Below, piece after piece: positions 1 through 12,781 of a DNA stretch of 64,000 nucleotides. Location: NCBI RefSeq assembly GCF_964194025.1, contig NC_134469.1:71858001-71922000 (forward strand), given 5' to 3'. Position 1 is the first letter of the stretch, and each line of letters opens with the position of its first letter. The notes beneath the pieces were generated by a model. The model made no database searches. It was not told where the DNA came from and saw only the letters and a list, made by a program, of their open reading frames with translations. Position numbers and translations under genes: made by a program. This stretch comes from Convolutriloba macropyga. Taxonomy: Eukaryota.

Positions 1-642
1 GATCAATTTTCAGACAGCACTTGTGCTGCAACAACACACTCCTTTAGTTTTCCATAAATAAATGTAATCAGATATATTAAAAACTTCAAATTTCAACGTA
101 TTGGACCGTGCCGGGGAGAAAAGCGGAGGGAAAGAAATGGGGCACTCCTGTTTTTCCCTTTCATTGCATTTAAAAGGAGTGACTAATAACTTTATCTGCA
201 CTTAGAAACAGCAAAATTGTCTGCATTAATCTTTTAGATTTTCTGCTATTATAAAGTAAAAGATTGAAGAAGTTTTGATAATGGCCATGCAGTGAGTTCA
301 AACAAAATCCAAAGCCTCCAAAAAGTTACATTTTTGAAGTATAAAAGCTATTGAGGCCGCGTCGCCAAAGTTCGAGCAATGCAATTAGATAATGTTATTC
401 CTCAACATCGACAATCATTAAACTCGACTAAATATAGTCAGCTAAGCCAGGACTGATCACAATGTCAGTGAATATATGATTAGACAAGCGACCGTAAAAT
501 CACCAAAAAAGTGTAACTGCGTGAATCCAGAATTGGTAACTGAATGGTTTATCCGAAGGCTTACAAATTTTTCCAAAAATAAAACAAACGCAGTCAGCCT
601 GACAATAGCCAAGATTAATCACGATTGGGATTTAAAAAATAG

Positions 643-2593
643 AACATAGCCGGCAGATTTCCGGAAAATAGCCGCGATAGACGCTTGTGGCCGTCCATGA
701 ATTGAAACAACTAAAAAAGATAGACAGATTGACCACCAGTCCTTTAAAAGGCCACTACGACTATTTGGTTAGATTCGGACTGTCATTTTTATTAGACACA
801 TACATTCATAAGGAAAAAGCCCTCATGGAACTTTTTCAAAATTAAAATTCAAAATCCAAAACTCAAGACTCTAATACTCAAGAAATAGGGCATATACGTT
901 TGGCACTACTTAGATGCACACTATTGACCTTGAACTAGAAAATGTTCAAAAAATTTAAAGTTCATCAAGCGAATTCAGAAGTCATTTTGTGAGGTAAATC
1001 ATGCAACTGTTCTGAAAGCAGAACAAATGACATCGAGCACTAAATTTTAACTGCAAAGCAGTAGAAATCACTGAAATTGAAAAAGTCAGTTCCAAGTCAG
1101 GCCACAAGAATCAACTATGAAGACGACGAATTTAAAAGCCTAGCAGGACAAGTCCTGAAACACAATGAGAAGAATAGAATGAAATGCTTAGAAGTACTGA
1201 CCAGCAGTTCAATTGAACAATGCCAGCCAAAACACAAACAAAATCTCAAAAAATTGAGAAACCAAAACAACCAAACAAACTGAACAAAAACTTACTCACT
1301 GCTTGAACTCGTGAAGCTTTTACCCCGAAGTCAAAATTTGATCCCTTTAAATACAAATATTTCAAAATATGTTCAAAACCAATGTTTGTCTCTGATATCG
1401 GTCCAGGATTATATTTGCAAGACCTGAAAAAAATTCATTGGCCCTTGAAGATCGATTAACTCAGAGACAGAAAAGTAAAATCAATTGAAAATTTTGATGA
1501 AATGTTGCTGAAAATCGTGATAATAATATCTTCAGAAGCATTTCTGTGTCTCTAAAGGCCATCCAGTCACCCAATTCCGAGACTTAAAAAATTCACCAGC
1601 TCAAATATCGATAGGCAATAATTTTTAGAAAAAATTTCAAATTTGCAAAAAATGAACAAAATTTGTTCTAGAAAAAAGATGAAAACCATTTCATTGAACC
1701 CAGCAACCATGTAAAAATAAAATATCAAACCCTGGAGCCCTGCAGGAGGTTACCTGACTACTGATGCAAGAAAAACCGAATAAAAGACAACTGTTTTAAA
1801 AAAAAACTTAAAAAAAAGAAAATTTTAACTAAATTTTTCGAAATGTTAAATTGTTGAAAACAATTTCTTTGACACTAACAACCATGCAGTAACTTTTTAT
1901 CAGACCGTGGAATCGGCTTTCTGGCCCATGAGGCTGGAAAAATATCAAAACTAACAAAAATTTTAGGAAAACTTAAAGAAAATTGCAGATTTTATCAAAA
2001 ATGCTAAATTTCGAGACATTATAATGTTGAAAACCATTCCATTGTTACTCGAAACTATGCAGTGCCCTATTATCAAACCTCAAAGATTCGTTGAGGTTGG
2101 AAAAACTCAAAAAAATTTGAAAAAAATGAAAATGCAAAAATTAGTATCATTTTGCGTGTTTGTAGTACCGAAACATATAGCTCATAAAAGGGTCATAAAA
2201 AGTAATTTTGACTGACAAAAGACCTTCATCACTTTTAAGAAACTTCAAGCTAAGACTAATCAAACAAAAAACTCAAAACATCATAAAAAACATGACAAAA
2301 TGCACCATTTTGATCCCAAGAACTCCTAAAAATGACAATTTAACCATAAATTAAGGCCATCCCAGCAGCTGCACTCTAAGCACTTGAAGGACTACTAAAG
2401 CCTACATTGTGCCTCTAATTAAACTTAATGCCCGTCGGGCTTTACCTGTTCATCACGTTTTGAAAGATCAAAGTCATTGAAAAATGTGTGCAAACATCTT
2501 AAAAAAACAGCGCCCCAATACAATTCGAATTATTTGAATTGTAAAAAACTACAATGTCCCCAATAATAGCCGCTATCACTTCGCGGCTATTAA
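643..2593 (-). mobile_element. Non-autonomous Helentron/DINE-1-like (HINE) rolling-circle element, subfamily A
   Basis: Subterminal inverted repeats AATAGCCGCGA (667-677) / TCGCGGCTATT (2581-2591). A partial IR (2565-2573) forms a hairpin with the 5' subTIR. At the 3' end a short palindrome CCGG-N7-CCGG (650-664) is followed by CTATGTT on the minus strand. A-rich flanks (TT target on minus). Shares a ~50-bp core (2427-2476) with the elements at 24.5 and 30 kb. Confidence 0.7.
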
Positions 2594-3407
2594 AAAGAAA
2601 GGATAAAATTCATTGTTTTCTCACAAAATAAAAGTAACGGCAGTACATGTTAATTTGATTGGATTTGATAGTTAGGCTGCGCTTGACAAACTTTTTTTGC
2701 ACCAACATCAATAGTTTTAACATTTGCTCTCTGGTACTCGACCGCTAAAAACCAATTATTATCATAGCTTCTCTTTGAGTAAAAAACGCCATTAAGCCCA
2801 ATAATAAGTAGCCTAGCAATAGCTGTAACAAGACTTGATTTACGAACATCAACTGATGATACGTCACACACGGGCCATATTTATGCGAGTTGGAAAAAAT
2901 GGTATTGTGCAAATGTTAGTAAAAACAAGCCCATCAATTAGTCCTGATGAGCACCTTCGGTCCTTGAATACGTGTTCCGGCTTCTAGATAGCTCGGAGAA
3001 CAATCCCCACGAAAGAAGGAAACATTCAAAGGAAGCCGTGCAAACATCAACATTTTCCCGCAGTTCAAACTAAACCAGTTCTTTTCTTATCGACAATTCT
3101 TAATTGCCTAAATTACGCAATCTACATTATTTATAAGGTCGCCTATTTCATCAGTCCCTGAAAAGTGAGATTTCATATGTTAATTTATCAAGCTGAGAAT
3201 AGTCATCAATGCACTAAACTGAACATCCTCAGATCGCAAAGCGCTCAATCCCCCCTCCCCACCCAAAAAAGGCAACTTTCAAAATTAAATTTACTACACG
3301 ATGTTTACATATTCGACTGTTACATCGAATTAAAAAAGCATTATTCAGCACTTCCAGATTAGGCTAGACACTCTTAAATCAGGCAAACAAAATGGACCAA
3401 GAGCAGA

Positions 3408-6400
3408 TTTTTTTTTCATTTTTTTTTGACAAAATAATCATAAATTTAAGGTGTGCTTGGTTGGGGAAATCATGGTTTAAATCATTTCTAAGTTCAGTCA
3501 ATTCTCAGAAAGTTTTCTTGCGATCAACCTTGTGCCCACAAATCACCATGGCGCCCACGGAATTGAGTATTTGCCTTTTATTTGTTCCCAGAAACCCTCA
3601 CAATCGGGTCTTCAAAATTTCTTCAAAATCAACCCACACAATCGGGTTGAACAGAAGAAATGAGCATTGTCCCCACTCATTGGGTGACAAACAAGTTCGC
3701 GCACAGCAGTAACTGGGCAACTAAAATTGGGTGAGTCAATACTGTAAATTAACTATTGTGGGGCTGAAGGTGTTGTCGCAGGAATGAGTCTCATAACAGG
3801 GATCTCTGGCGATCAGCATTGTGGCTGAACCTCTCATTAAAGTCACTGAGACTCATTGAGATAATCGATTGTAGGCAACTGATAAACCAGCTGGTTGAAA
3901 GTTTCGGTTATCGGCAAGTAAGGCTATACGTTTCAAAGTTTTTCGGACCAAATCTGAGAAGCCCCCGAAAGATTCAAACGCGAGTGGTACAAACTGGATA
4001 CCTATTTCGGCACATTTTTGGGCATATTGTTCATATTTCCTATCTTCAGCATTTGTCAGAGCAAAACCACACCTCCTCTCCGCATCTGCAATTAGACTGG
4101 GCTGCAGTGGGGAAGTTATGGTTACGTCTAACGCAGATGGTTGTCCCGCTGACCAGCTGGGCAAGTATATGTCTCCTGGCCTCGAGTTTTTATCTGGAAT
4201 CAAATTTTTCTGTTCGCAGACGGGTGATAAGTTTGCGGTCGAGCAAGCAGCAAATATTCTATCCCTCACTCTATCGTGCCGCGATATCATATCCCCCCGA
4301 CCATGACAGCTTAAAGCGTGATCACCCAGCTTGTCCAGTCTGCCGTTTTGACAGTAAGGGCACTTTCGTTCCTCAATGTATAACGGAACACCAATCCGAT
4401 ACTTCAATGCGGCTCTGAATTCATTTGGCTGAAGGTGAAGGCCCAGACTAGGGATTGGAGGTGCGGAAAGCCAGGCACCAGATTGAGGCAACGTTAGTGA
4501 AAGCAAACGAGCTTTCTCCCGATTTGAAGTCTGATTACCAAGAAGGTCAGAAAAAGCAGCATCGTCAAGTGCCTCCTGAATCTTGTGTTGCGTATATTGG
4601 CTAATTTCTAGATTCTTCAGTTCTTCCACTGTTTCTTTGAAAATTTGATTGTCTGTAATTTTCTCACCGGTTATTTGTTCCACTAAAGCGTCTGCCTGCG
4701 ATACTGACCCAACAAACGCCGCTTTCAATTGGTCAATTGCTTGTCTAATTCCAACGCCAGTTTCGCTTATTGGTAGACAAGCCTGCTTCCAAGCGTTGTC
4801 ACTTATAAGGGTGCCTAACATATTCTCAAATGTTGTTCTCTGAAGCTTGTCAAAATCCTGCAAAATAACAGAGGATTCGTCAGATGGAGTGTTACATCGC
4901 AGGGAATATACCATCTTTGGGGCACCAAGACAGCTTCGAAGAATTCCAAGCGCACAATGTGGGTCGTCTAGGTACGCCAAGTTGTCGAGCAGTTTTTCTA
5001 TTTTGTTGACTCTTTTTCTCAAAGATGCAGCAACAAAACTGGGATTGCCGATGGCAGCGCCCAAGATCTCAAGTCCTTCTTTGCTATTTCTTTTTTTTCT
5101 GTTATCTATAGCGTTTAGATCAACGGGTGACCAAAGCTCACATTTTCCTATTCTGAGCTCTAAGCCGCATCCTTCACCCAAATTTGTCAACAAATTCAAT
5201 GCTGTGCAAAGTTGTTGGTGGGTACCAGCAAGGATGCCATCATCGAAATACCAATTATGCTGTACTAGATTTGGTAATTTTGTTTCAATTTCTTTAATGA
5301 TTGGCCACAGAGCTAGTGAAAACAAAAGCGGCCCCAAAGGATACCCTTGTTGGACTCCCGATTGGCTACTTAAGTATGTGTTGTTAAAATGCAAATGACT
5401 GTGTTGTGAGTAGCAAAAAGTCGCAAAAGGGGCAACACTAGGTACGAATTTTGCAACTGCTTTCAAAACCTTGCTTCTTTTTAACAAATTTAAGGCATTT
5501 TTGAAATCAATCTGCAAAATTCCGGAATCTTTTGATCTTTGCAGTTTTTCAAAGGAATCTCTTGTTGCATGTACTATGCACTCAGCACCACCCTTGACTG
5601 CTACCCCCAATAGTTTTGTGTTAAAAAGATCAGCAGCATCTGAATTCGCTTCACGAGCTATGCATTTAGCAATAAGACGTCGAATGACTTCCCCAACAGC
5701 GATAGGACGGACCCCACCTTTCAATTTTTTCAATGCAGTTATTGTTGCACTACATAATGTAGTGCAACGAATTCGGGAAGCTGACCCCTGCTAGCTAAGT
5801 TGACAAATTTTGTTAAACTAGTGATTGCTCGCTTTGATTGATCAGGGGCACCGCAGTTTACTGCATGCAGCAGATGCTCGGGATACATTTTCGACGGCCC
5901 AGCTGCAGTAAATTTGGAGAAGGACTCGATTTAGAAGAATACTGATGCCTCGTCAAATTGATATGCGTTCGTGTTAGCATCTTGATCAAATTGGAGGTCA
6001 GGTTGCTTTTCCTTAGGGTGGAGCTTTTTAAGTTCATTCAACGTTGCAGCATTGTCAGGTGCGACGCCGTCAGAAGACAGAACTTTCGCTGCCCCCCCCC
6101 CCCCCAAACTGCCCCTGCAGACAGAGATTTCGCGCGGCTTGCTAAGGCGTCTATTGACTCATTGCTAGTTTTATTTGACTGCTTCATTGAGGCCGCCTCG
6201 TACCACAGTGCAGCATGATCACCTGATTTCCATCACTCAAGTCTGCTCAACAACTGTTTCTCTTGCTGCTGCTTGTGTTTCTTGCCCCCACGATTAGACG
6301 CGCGTAGAACACATTTGCTAATTGCAAAGAGTTTTTTCCAATTTTCTATCGATTGCGCGAGTGAAATGCAAGCATCGATAACGGATGTTAGTAATTCTGA

Positions 6401-7223
6401 CCATCTCACCCGAAACTTTACAGGAATGAACCTTAGGGTAGGGATGTGCTTACTGCTGATGGTTTCGAGATCTGGGAGTTCATTTAGATTTATATCTGTT
6501 GTAGCTAGATTTGGTGAACTCGCGGATTGCACAATCTCGTCTATTCGCTTCGCTAAATCGCGTGGTATCTTTTTCACTTTAGACAGTAAAGGCGTAAATT
6601 GCGAGTAGGCCCATATTGATTTGGAGCACACCATCTCATCGAAGTTCGGTCCCCACTGGTCATATCTAATTTTAGTTTTTCCAAGATGATGTTCGATAAC
6701 AGATATCTGGTACAGTTTATCCTTTTTGTCGGGGTAGAAAATTGTTGTTTTGGGGGGCACTTGAAAGCGGGAAGCGTTGTCATCAATTATTAAATTATTC
6801 ATTTGCTGAGTCAGTCCCGAAGATAAATTGCATTGTTTTGCCCCCTGAAGCTCTGTAGTATTGTTAGTCTCAGCTAACGAAACCTTCTTGCTTTCTCTAG
6901 TTTTCATAACTGTTAACATTGAATGCGCAATTGCCTATCAAGCTTTTTTTATCCCACCAGATAAAAAAAAAACAAGGGCGGGGGTCGTTTTGGTTAGATC
7001 TCACCGGTTTGAGGTCCACACAAGCTGCTGAAGAACCACTACATAATTGATTTGCTCACGTGCACATTGCTTCTGATATGATAACAGCCAAAAAGAGTTG
7101 TTGGGGGATCAATCTAGGGTGCTCAAGATTCGGTGTAAAATTTGTTTCTATTTTCGTCTTGCTTGTTGAAATCAAGAGAGCAACTTGAACGCAATAAGAG
7201 TAAATAAGAGTAAATAAGAAACA
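3408..7223 (-). mobile_element. CRE-clade (RLE-type) non-LTR retrotransposon, decayed
   Basis: Absent from the paralogous empty site at 10230/10231 (CAAGAGCAGA|TACGTAAATAAG). T9-CA-T9 at 3408-3427 is the poly(A) tail on the minus strand. Encodes RT and RLE motifs. Confidence 0.93.
3737..6919 (-). pseudogene. Disrupted single ORF: Tudor/chromo-like domain, reverse transcriptase, Zn knuckle, restriction-like endonuclease
   Basis: RT motifs GVRPIAVGEVIRRLIAKC, IDFKNA(L)N, GVQQG(Y)PLGPLLFSL, WYFDDG. Zn knuckle CPYC..DHALSC. RLE motifs RHDRVRD, RPGDI, LDVTI, EDRKY. Premature stop at 3853 (RLSQ*VSVTLMRGSA) and stops/frameshifts between 5733 and 6233. Confidence 0.9.
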
Positions 7224-8013
7224 TACGTAAATAAGAGTCACTCTTCCAGTAGAAGATTTCAGAGTAACAGAATAAGACAGCTGATTTGGAAAATAAACAA
7301 GGATGCATGGTAGTACCCCACTCATCCACATTTTTACTTAATGTCTACCAACTGAGGAAGAGATGCAAAACTTCCGAAAAATCACATATCGTTCAACAAA
7401 CAAGTGATAAACATAATGCTGGATTGGAGGGACGATGAGACTTGCCATTAATGAGAAAATTAGACAACACCAACATAAATCAAATAATAGCAAACTAATT
7501 GCGAAAAATCGATATCTATATTTAAAAAAACTACTTGACCAAATGAATATGGATTTAGATAAAAACCTGAATTCAACAAACTAACCTGTACTTCATTAGA
7601 GAAGATAGGATACTTGTCAATAATGAGAATTGGGGATTGGTCGACAAATATGAGCGAAATGGGCAAAGTTCAAATACACGTTTCCATTTTTGAAAAAAAA
7701 ACCGATTTCGAATTGACTAAAACCAATACGTATCAACTCCGCATTCAGAAGGTTAATTTATACTTCATAGGAAGCAATTAGGACCTGTCTTTTTCCATAA
7801 TATATAAGACGATTACAAAAAGAACGAAAACAACGAAAAAAAACTTCAAATAGAAATTGACAAGAAAGCGTTGTCGCAACTGTTATAACCCTAGGCTACT
7901 CATTAAGAACCCTTAATATCATCAAATGCGCATTTTTTTCAAGGCCAATTGGGGCATTACAAAAATCTGATATTGTGGCAAGGAAACAAAAAACTCAAAT
8001 GGGCACACTCAAA

Positions 8014-11000
8014 AAGAATAGAATGAAAAGCTTAGAAGTACTGACCAGCAGTTCAATTGAACAATGCCAGCCAAAACACAAACAAAATCTCAAAAAATTG
8101 AGAAACCAAAACAACCAAACAAACTGAACAAAAACTTACTCACTGCTTGAACTCTTGAAGCTTTTACCCCGAAGTCAAAATTTGATCCCTTTAAATACAA
8201 CTATTTCAAAATATGTTCAAAACCAATGTTTGTCTCTGATAGCCAATAAAAATTCATTGGCCCTTGAAGATCGATTAGCTCAGAGACAGAAAAGTAAAAT
8301 CAATTGAAAATTTTGATGAAATGTTGCTGAAAATTGTGATAAAAATATCTTCAGAATCATTTCTGTGTGTCTAGAGGCCATCCAGTCACCCAATTCCGAG
8401 ACTTAAAAAATTCACTCGTTCAAATATCGATAGGCAATAATTTTTAGAAAAAATTTCAAATTTCAAAAAACAAACAAAATTTGTTCTAGAAGAAAGATGA
8501 AAACCATTTCATTGAACCCAGCAACCATGTAATAATAAAATATCAAACCCTGGAGCCCTGCAGGAGGTTACCTGACTACTGATGCAAGAAAAACTGAATA
8601 AAAGACAACTGTTTTAAAAAAAACTTAAAAAATTGAAAATTTTAACTAAATTTTTCGAAATGTTAAATTGTTGAAAACAATTTCTTTGACACTAACAACC
8701 ATGCAGTAACTTTTTATCAGACCGTGGAATCGGCTTTCTGGCCCATGAGGCTGGAAAAATATCAAAACTAACAAAAATTTTAGGAAAACTTAAAGAAAAT
8801 TGCAGATTTTATCAAAAATGCTAAATTTCGAGACTTTATAATGTTGAAAACCATTCCATTGTTACTCGAAACTATGCAGTGCCCTATTATCAAACCTCAA
8901 AGATTCGTTGAGGTTGGAAAAACTCAAAAAAATTTGAAAAAAATGAAAATGCAAAAATTAGTATCATTTTGCGTGTTTGTGTTTGTAGTACCGAAACATA
9001 TAGCTCATAAAAGGGTCATAAAAAGTAATTTTGTCTGACAAAAGACCTTCATCATTTTTAAGAAACTTCAAGCTAAGACTAATCAAACAAAAAACTCAAA
9101 CATCATAAAAAACATGACAAAATGCACCATTTTGATCCCAAGAACTCCTAAAAATGACAATTTAACCTTAAATTAAGGCCATCCCAGCAGCTGCACTCTA
9201 AGCACTTGAAGGACTACTAAAGCCTACATTGTGCCTCTAATTAAACTTAATGCCCGCTGGGCTTTACCTGTTCATCACGTTTTGAAAGATCAAAGTCATT
9301 GAAAAATGTGTGAAAACATCTTAAAAAAACAGCGCCCCAATACAATTCGAATTATTTGAATTGTAAAAAACTACAATGTCCCCAATAATAGCCGCTATCA
9401 CTTCGCGGCTATTAAAAAGAAAGGATAAAATTCATTGTTTTCTCACAAAATAAAAGTAACGGCAGTACATGTTAATTTGATTGGATTTGATAGTTAGGCT
9501 GCGCTTGACATAAACTTTTTTGCACCAACATCAATAGTTTTAACATTTGCTCTCTGGTACTCGACCGCTAAAAACCAATTATTATCATAGCTTCTCTTTG
9601 AGTAAAAAACGCCATTAAGACCAATAATAAGTAGCCTGGCAATAGCTTGAACAAGACTTGATTTACGAACATCAACTGATGATACGTCACACACGGGCCA
9701 TATTTATGCGAGTTGGAAAAAATGGTATTGTGCAAATGTTAGTAAAAACAAGCCCATCAATTAGTCCTGATGAGCACCTTCGGTCCTTGAATACGTGTTC
9801 CGGCTTCTAGATAGCTCGGAGAACAATCCCCACGAAAGAAGGAAACATTCAAAGGAAGCCGTGCAAACATCAACATTTTCCCGCAGTTCAAACTAAACCA
9901 GTTCTTTTCTTATCGACAATTCTTAATTGCCTAAATTACGCAATCTACATTATTTATAAGGTCGCCTATTTCATCAGTCCCTGAAAAGTGAGATTTCATA
10001 TGTTAATTTATCAAGCTGAGAATAGTCATCAATGCACTAAACTGAACATCCTCAGATCGCAAAGCGCTCAATCCCCCCTCCCCACCCAAAAAAGGCAACT
10101 TTCAAAATTAAATTTACTACACGATGTTTACATATTCGACTGTTACATCGAATTAAAAAAGCATTATTCAGCACTTCCAGATTAGGCTAGACACTCTTAA
10201 ATCAGGCAAACAAAATGGACCAAGAGCAGATACGTAAATAAGAGTCACTCTTCCAGTAGAAGATTTCAGAGTAACAGAATAAGACAGCTGATTTGGAAAA
10301 CAGACAAGGATGCATGGTAGTACCCCACTCATCCACATTTTTACTTAATGTCTACCAACTGAGGAAGAGATGCAAAACTTCCGAAAAATCACATATCGTT
10401 CAACAAACAAGTGATAAACATAATGCTGGATTGGAGGGACGATGAGACTTGCCATTAATGAGAAAATTAGACAACACCAACATAAATCAAATAATAGCAA
10501 ACTAATTGCGAAAAATCGATATCTATATTTAAAAAAACTACTTGACCAAATGAATATGGATTTAGATAAAAACCTGAATTCAACAAACTAACCTGTACTT
10601 CATTAGAGAAGATAGGATACTTGTCAATAATGAGAATTGGTGACTGGTTTACAAATAGGAGCGAAATGGGCAAAGTTCAAATACACGTTTCCATTTTTGA
10701 AAAAAAAACCGATTTCAAATTGACTAAAACCAATACGTATCAACTCAGCATTCAGAAGGTTAATTTATACTTCATAGGAAGCAATTAGGACCTGTCATTA
10801 TCCATAATATATAAGACGATTACAAAAAGAACGAAAACAACGAAAAAAACTTCAAATAGAAATTAACAAGAAAGCGTTGTCGCAACTGTTATAACCCTAG
10901 GCTACTCATTAAGAACCCTATATATCATCAAATGCGCATTTTTTTTCAAGGCCAATTGAGGCATTACAAAAATCTGATAATGTGGCAAGAAAACAAAAAA

Positions 11001-11023
11001 ACTCAAATGGGCACAGTCAAAAA
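8014..11023. repeat. Tandem duplication, copy 2 (empty retrotransposon site; carries a truncated HINE copy ending at 9413)
   Basis: Direct repeat of 1170-3407 plus 7224-8013; junction in an A-run at 8011-8015. Confidence 0.95.
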
Positions 11024-12781
11024 ATCTTGTCTTATGAAAGTTTGCATTAGCAAAGCCGAGAAACCATTAGTTGGAACAAAACCACTAAAACGACTGATGA
11101 TGAGAAAGAAGATGCAACCTTGATTCACTAGAAAGAGGAAGTGACCTCTCAATACAGAGACCAGGATACAAAAAAGATAGAAATAAGATAAAAGTGACAA
11201 ATCCACTGACTTTAAAACAAAGAATTTTAAAAATCAAACAAACCATAACCTTTCAAATTAAAATAAAACAGATTAACCTTAAGGCGCTCAGGCAGCAAGC
11301 TGCTCTTGCTATTAATGCGACTGAATCACAAGAGGACAAAAAGGATCACTCAAAATTTCAGAAAAAAATCCAAACAACAGTCAATGAAACTATAAAAAAA
11401 TATTGAAAACCATTTAATGAACCATTTTATTTTTTAAATGACAAAAAAATCTTTAATTTTTTTGCTGGGTTTTCCTTTGATTTTAATGGATCTTCTTTGC
11501 AAAGTGTCTGTGGAAAAGACAACAAAAAGAACTAAATTTGAGCACTATCAAACACTCACGAAAATCTTAAAAAACACATTTTAAGCTCTAAAGACATCAA
11601 TCAAACCAGAAACAACGTCAGAAATATTGTTTGAAGCAAAAAAAAAAATCGATGGGCTTCTTCAAAACTGAGGCTAAGTAACTTGCTGATGACAATGAGA
11701 ATTGGGAAGTACAAAAACAATTTCTTAAAAAATAAATAAAAGTCACTAAAACGTTTAGCTATAGACCTAAGTCAGTAAAAAAAGTTCAATTAAACATTCA
11801 TAGAAGCAATTTAAGGCCTTGATTGCAAGGAGAACGGTTTTACAGCCGTAAAAACTATAAGGTATTCACTAAAATCTTGGAAGAGGGTCTTTTGCTTATT
11901 CTTTCAATGGCAATTGGAGCTGTCCTTAATGTGATAATTTGAAAGGAGAACAAATAACAATTTCAAAAATAGGTGAATGCAAAAATCACAAAACTTATGA
12001 CACTTCGTAATAAGAAATTCCAGAAAAACAATTGCTTGAATAAAAAAACCACTATAAAACCAATGCATATAGACTAAGCTACATGTGGACAGAAATAAGA
12101 TAAAAAATTGTCAAAATTGAAAACTGAAATTTATAAGAATAATATTCAAATTCATAAGAGGCATTAGATAATTGACACCATTTCATAGGTTCACCTATAG
12201 CTCCTAAAAACACAATTGAATCTTCAATTAAAAAGACAAAGTCATGAGGCTGCGAAAAAAAATGAAAAATGAAAGCAAAACAAAAAAATCTATTTAACGA
12301 ATCGCCGTTTTCTGTAGTTAATATCATCTGCTAACAATTGGGCCTTGCTTTCAAATCAATTCTGTCAGTAATCAACATAAGAACAATAAGAACAAAATTG
12401 CAAAAATATGAAAAGACCACACACCCCAAAAAATCCGACTAATTATTGTTTGTAAGACACCAAGATTAGTCTAAATTTAGACCTGATCTGCATCCAAAAA
12501 AAAAACAATTTATTATTCCATATGTTTTCAAATTCTATGAATTATCAAATGAAACACTTCAATAAAGCAAATATAATTGATGTATTTTGGGCAATTATTG
12601 AGTTAATTCATAAAAAAACATGCCATATTTTAGTTCCCGGAGACTCCAATAAAGTGGGGGGGGGGGGGTTAAAGCTTTTCTGAGGGGTTTTAAAGATCTT
12701 TACAGCAGATGTTAGGTCTCTACTTCCGGCATATTTAAAAAAATGGGATAAAGAAAGCGTATTTGGAGCCATTTCTGATTG

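Larger units (their letters stand above)
1170..8013. repeat. Tandem duplication, copy 1 (~3.0-kb unit interrupted by a 3.8-kb retrotransposon)
   Basis: 1170-3407 plus 7224-8013 is near-identical to 8014-11023. The ORF track shows duplicated ORFs (2024/8841, 2650/9494, 3165/9988, 7460/10467). Confidence 0.95.

Noticed and set aside
1300-1423. Exon-like open segment on the minus strand (TTTTCAG acceptor, GTGAGT donor; SCKYNPGPISETN...)
   Set aside because: No kinase similarity, phase-incompatible with the kinase exon, lies inside a HINE, and its acceptor is deleted in the duplicate copy.
2944-2970. Hammerhead-like CTGATGA plus hairpin (also at ~9766)
   Set aside because: The stem has a mismatch, is followed by TTGAATA rather than GAAA, and no stems I/III were found.
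3819-6608. Plus-strand ORFs overlapping the CRE ORF
   Set aside because: Antisense shadows of a coding strand, with no recognisable motifs.
3408-7223. Helitron interpretation of the insertion between A and T
   Set aside because: No TC/CTRR ends; the poly(A) tail and RT/RLE ORF identify a non-LTR retrotransposon.
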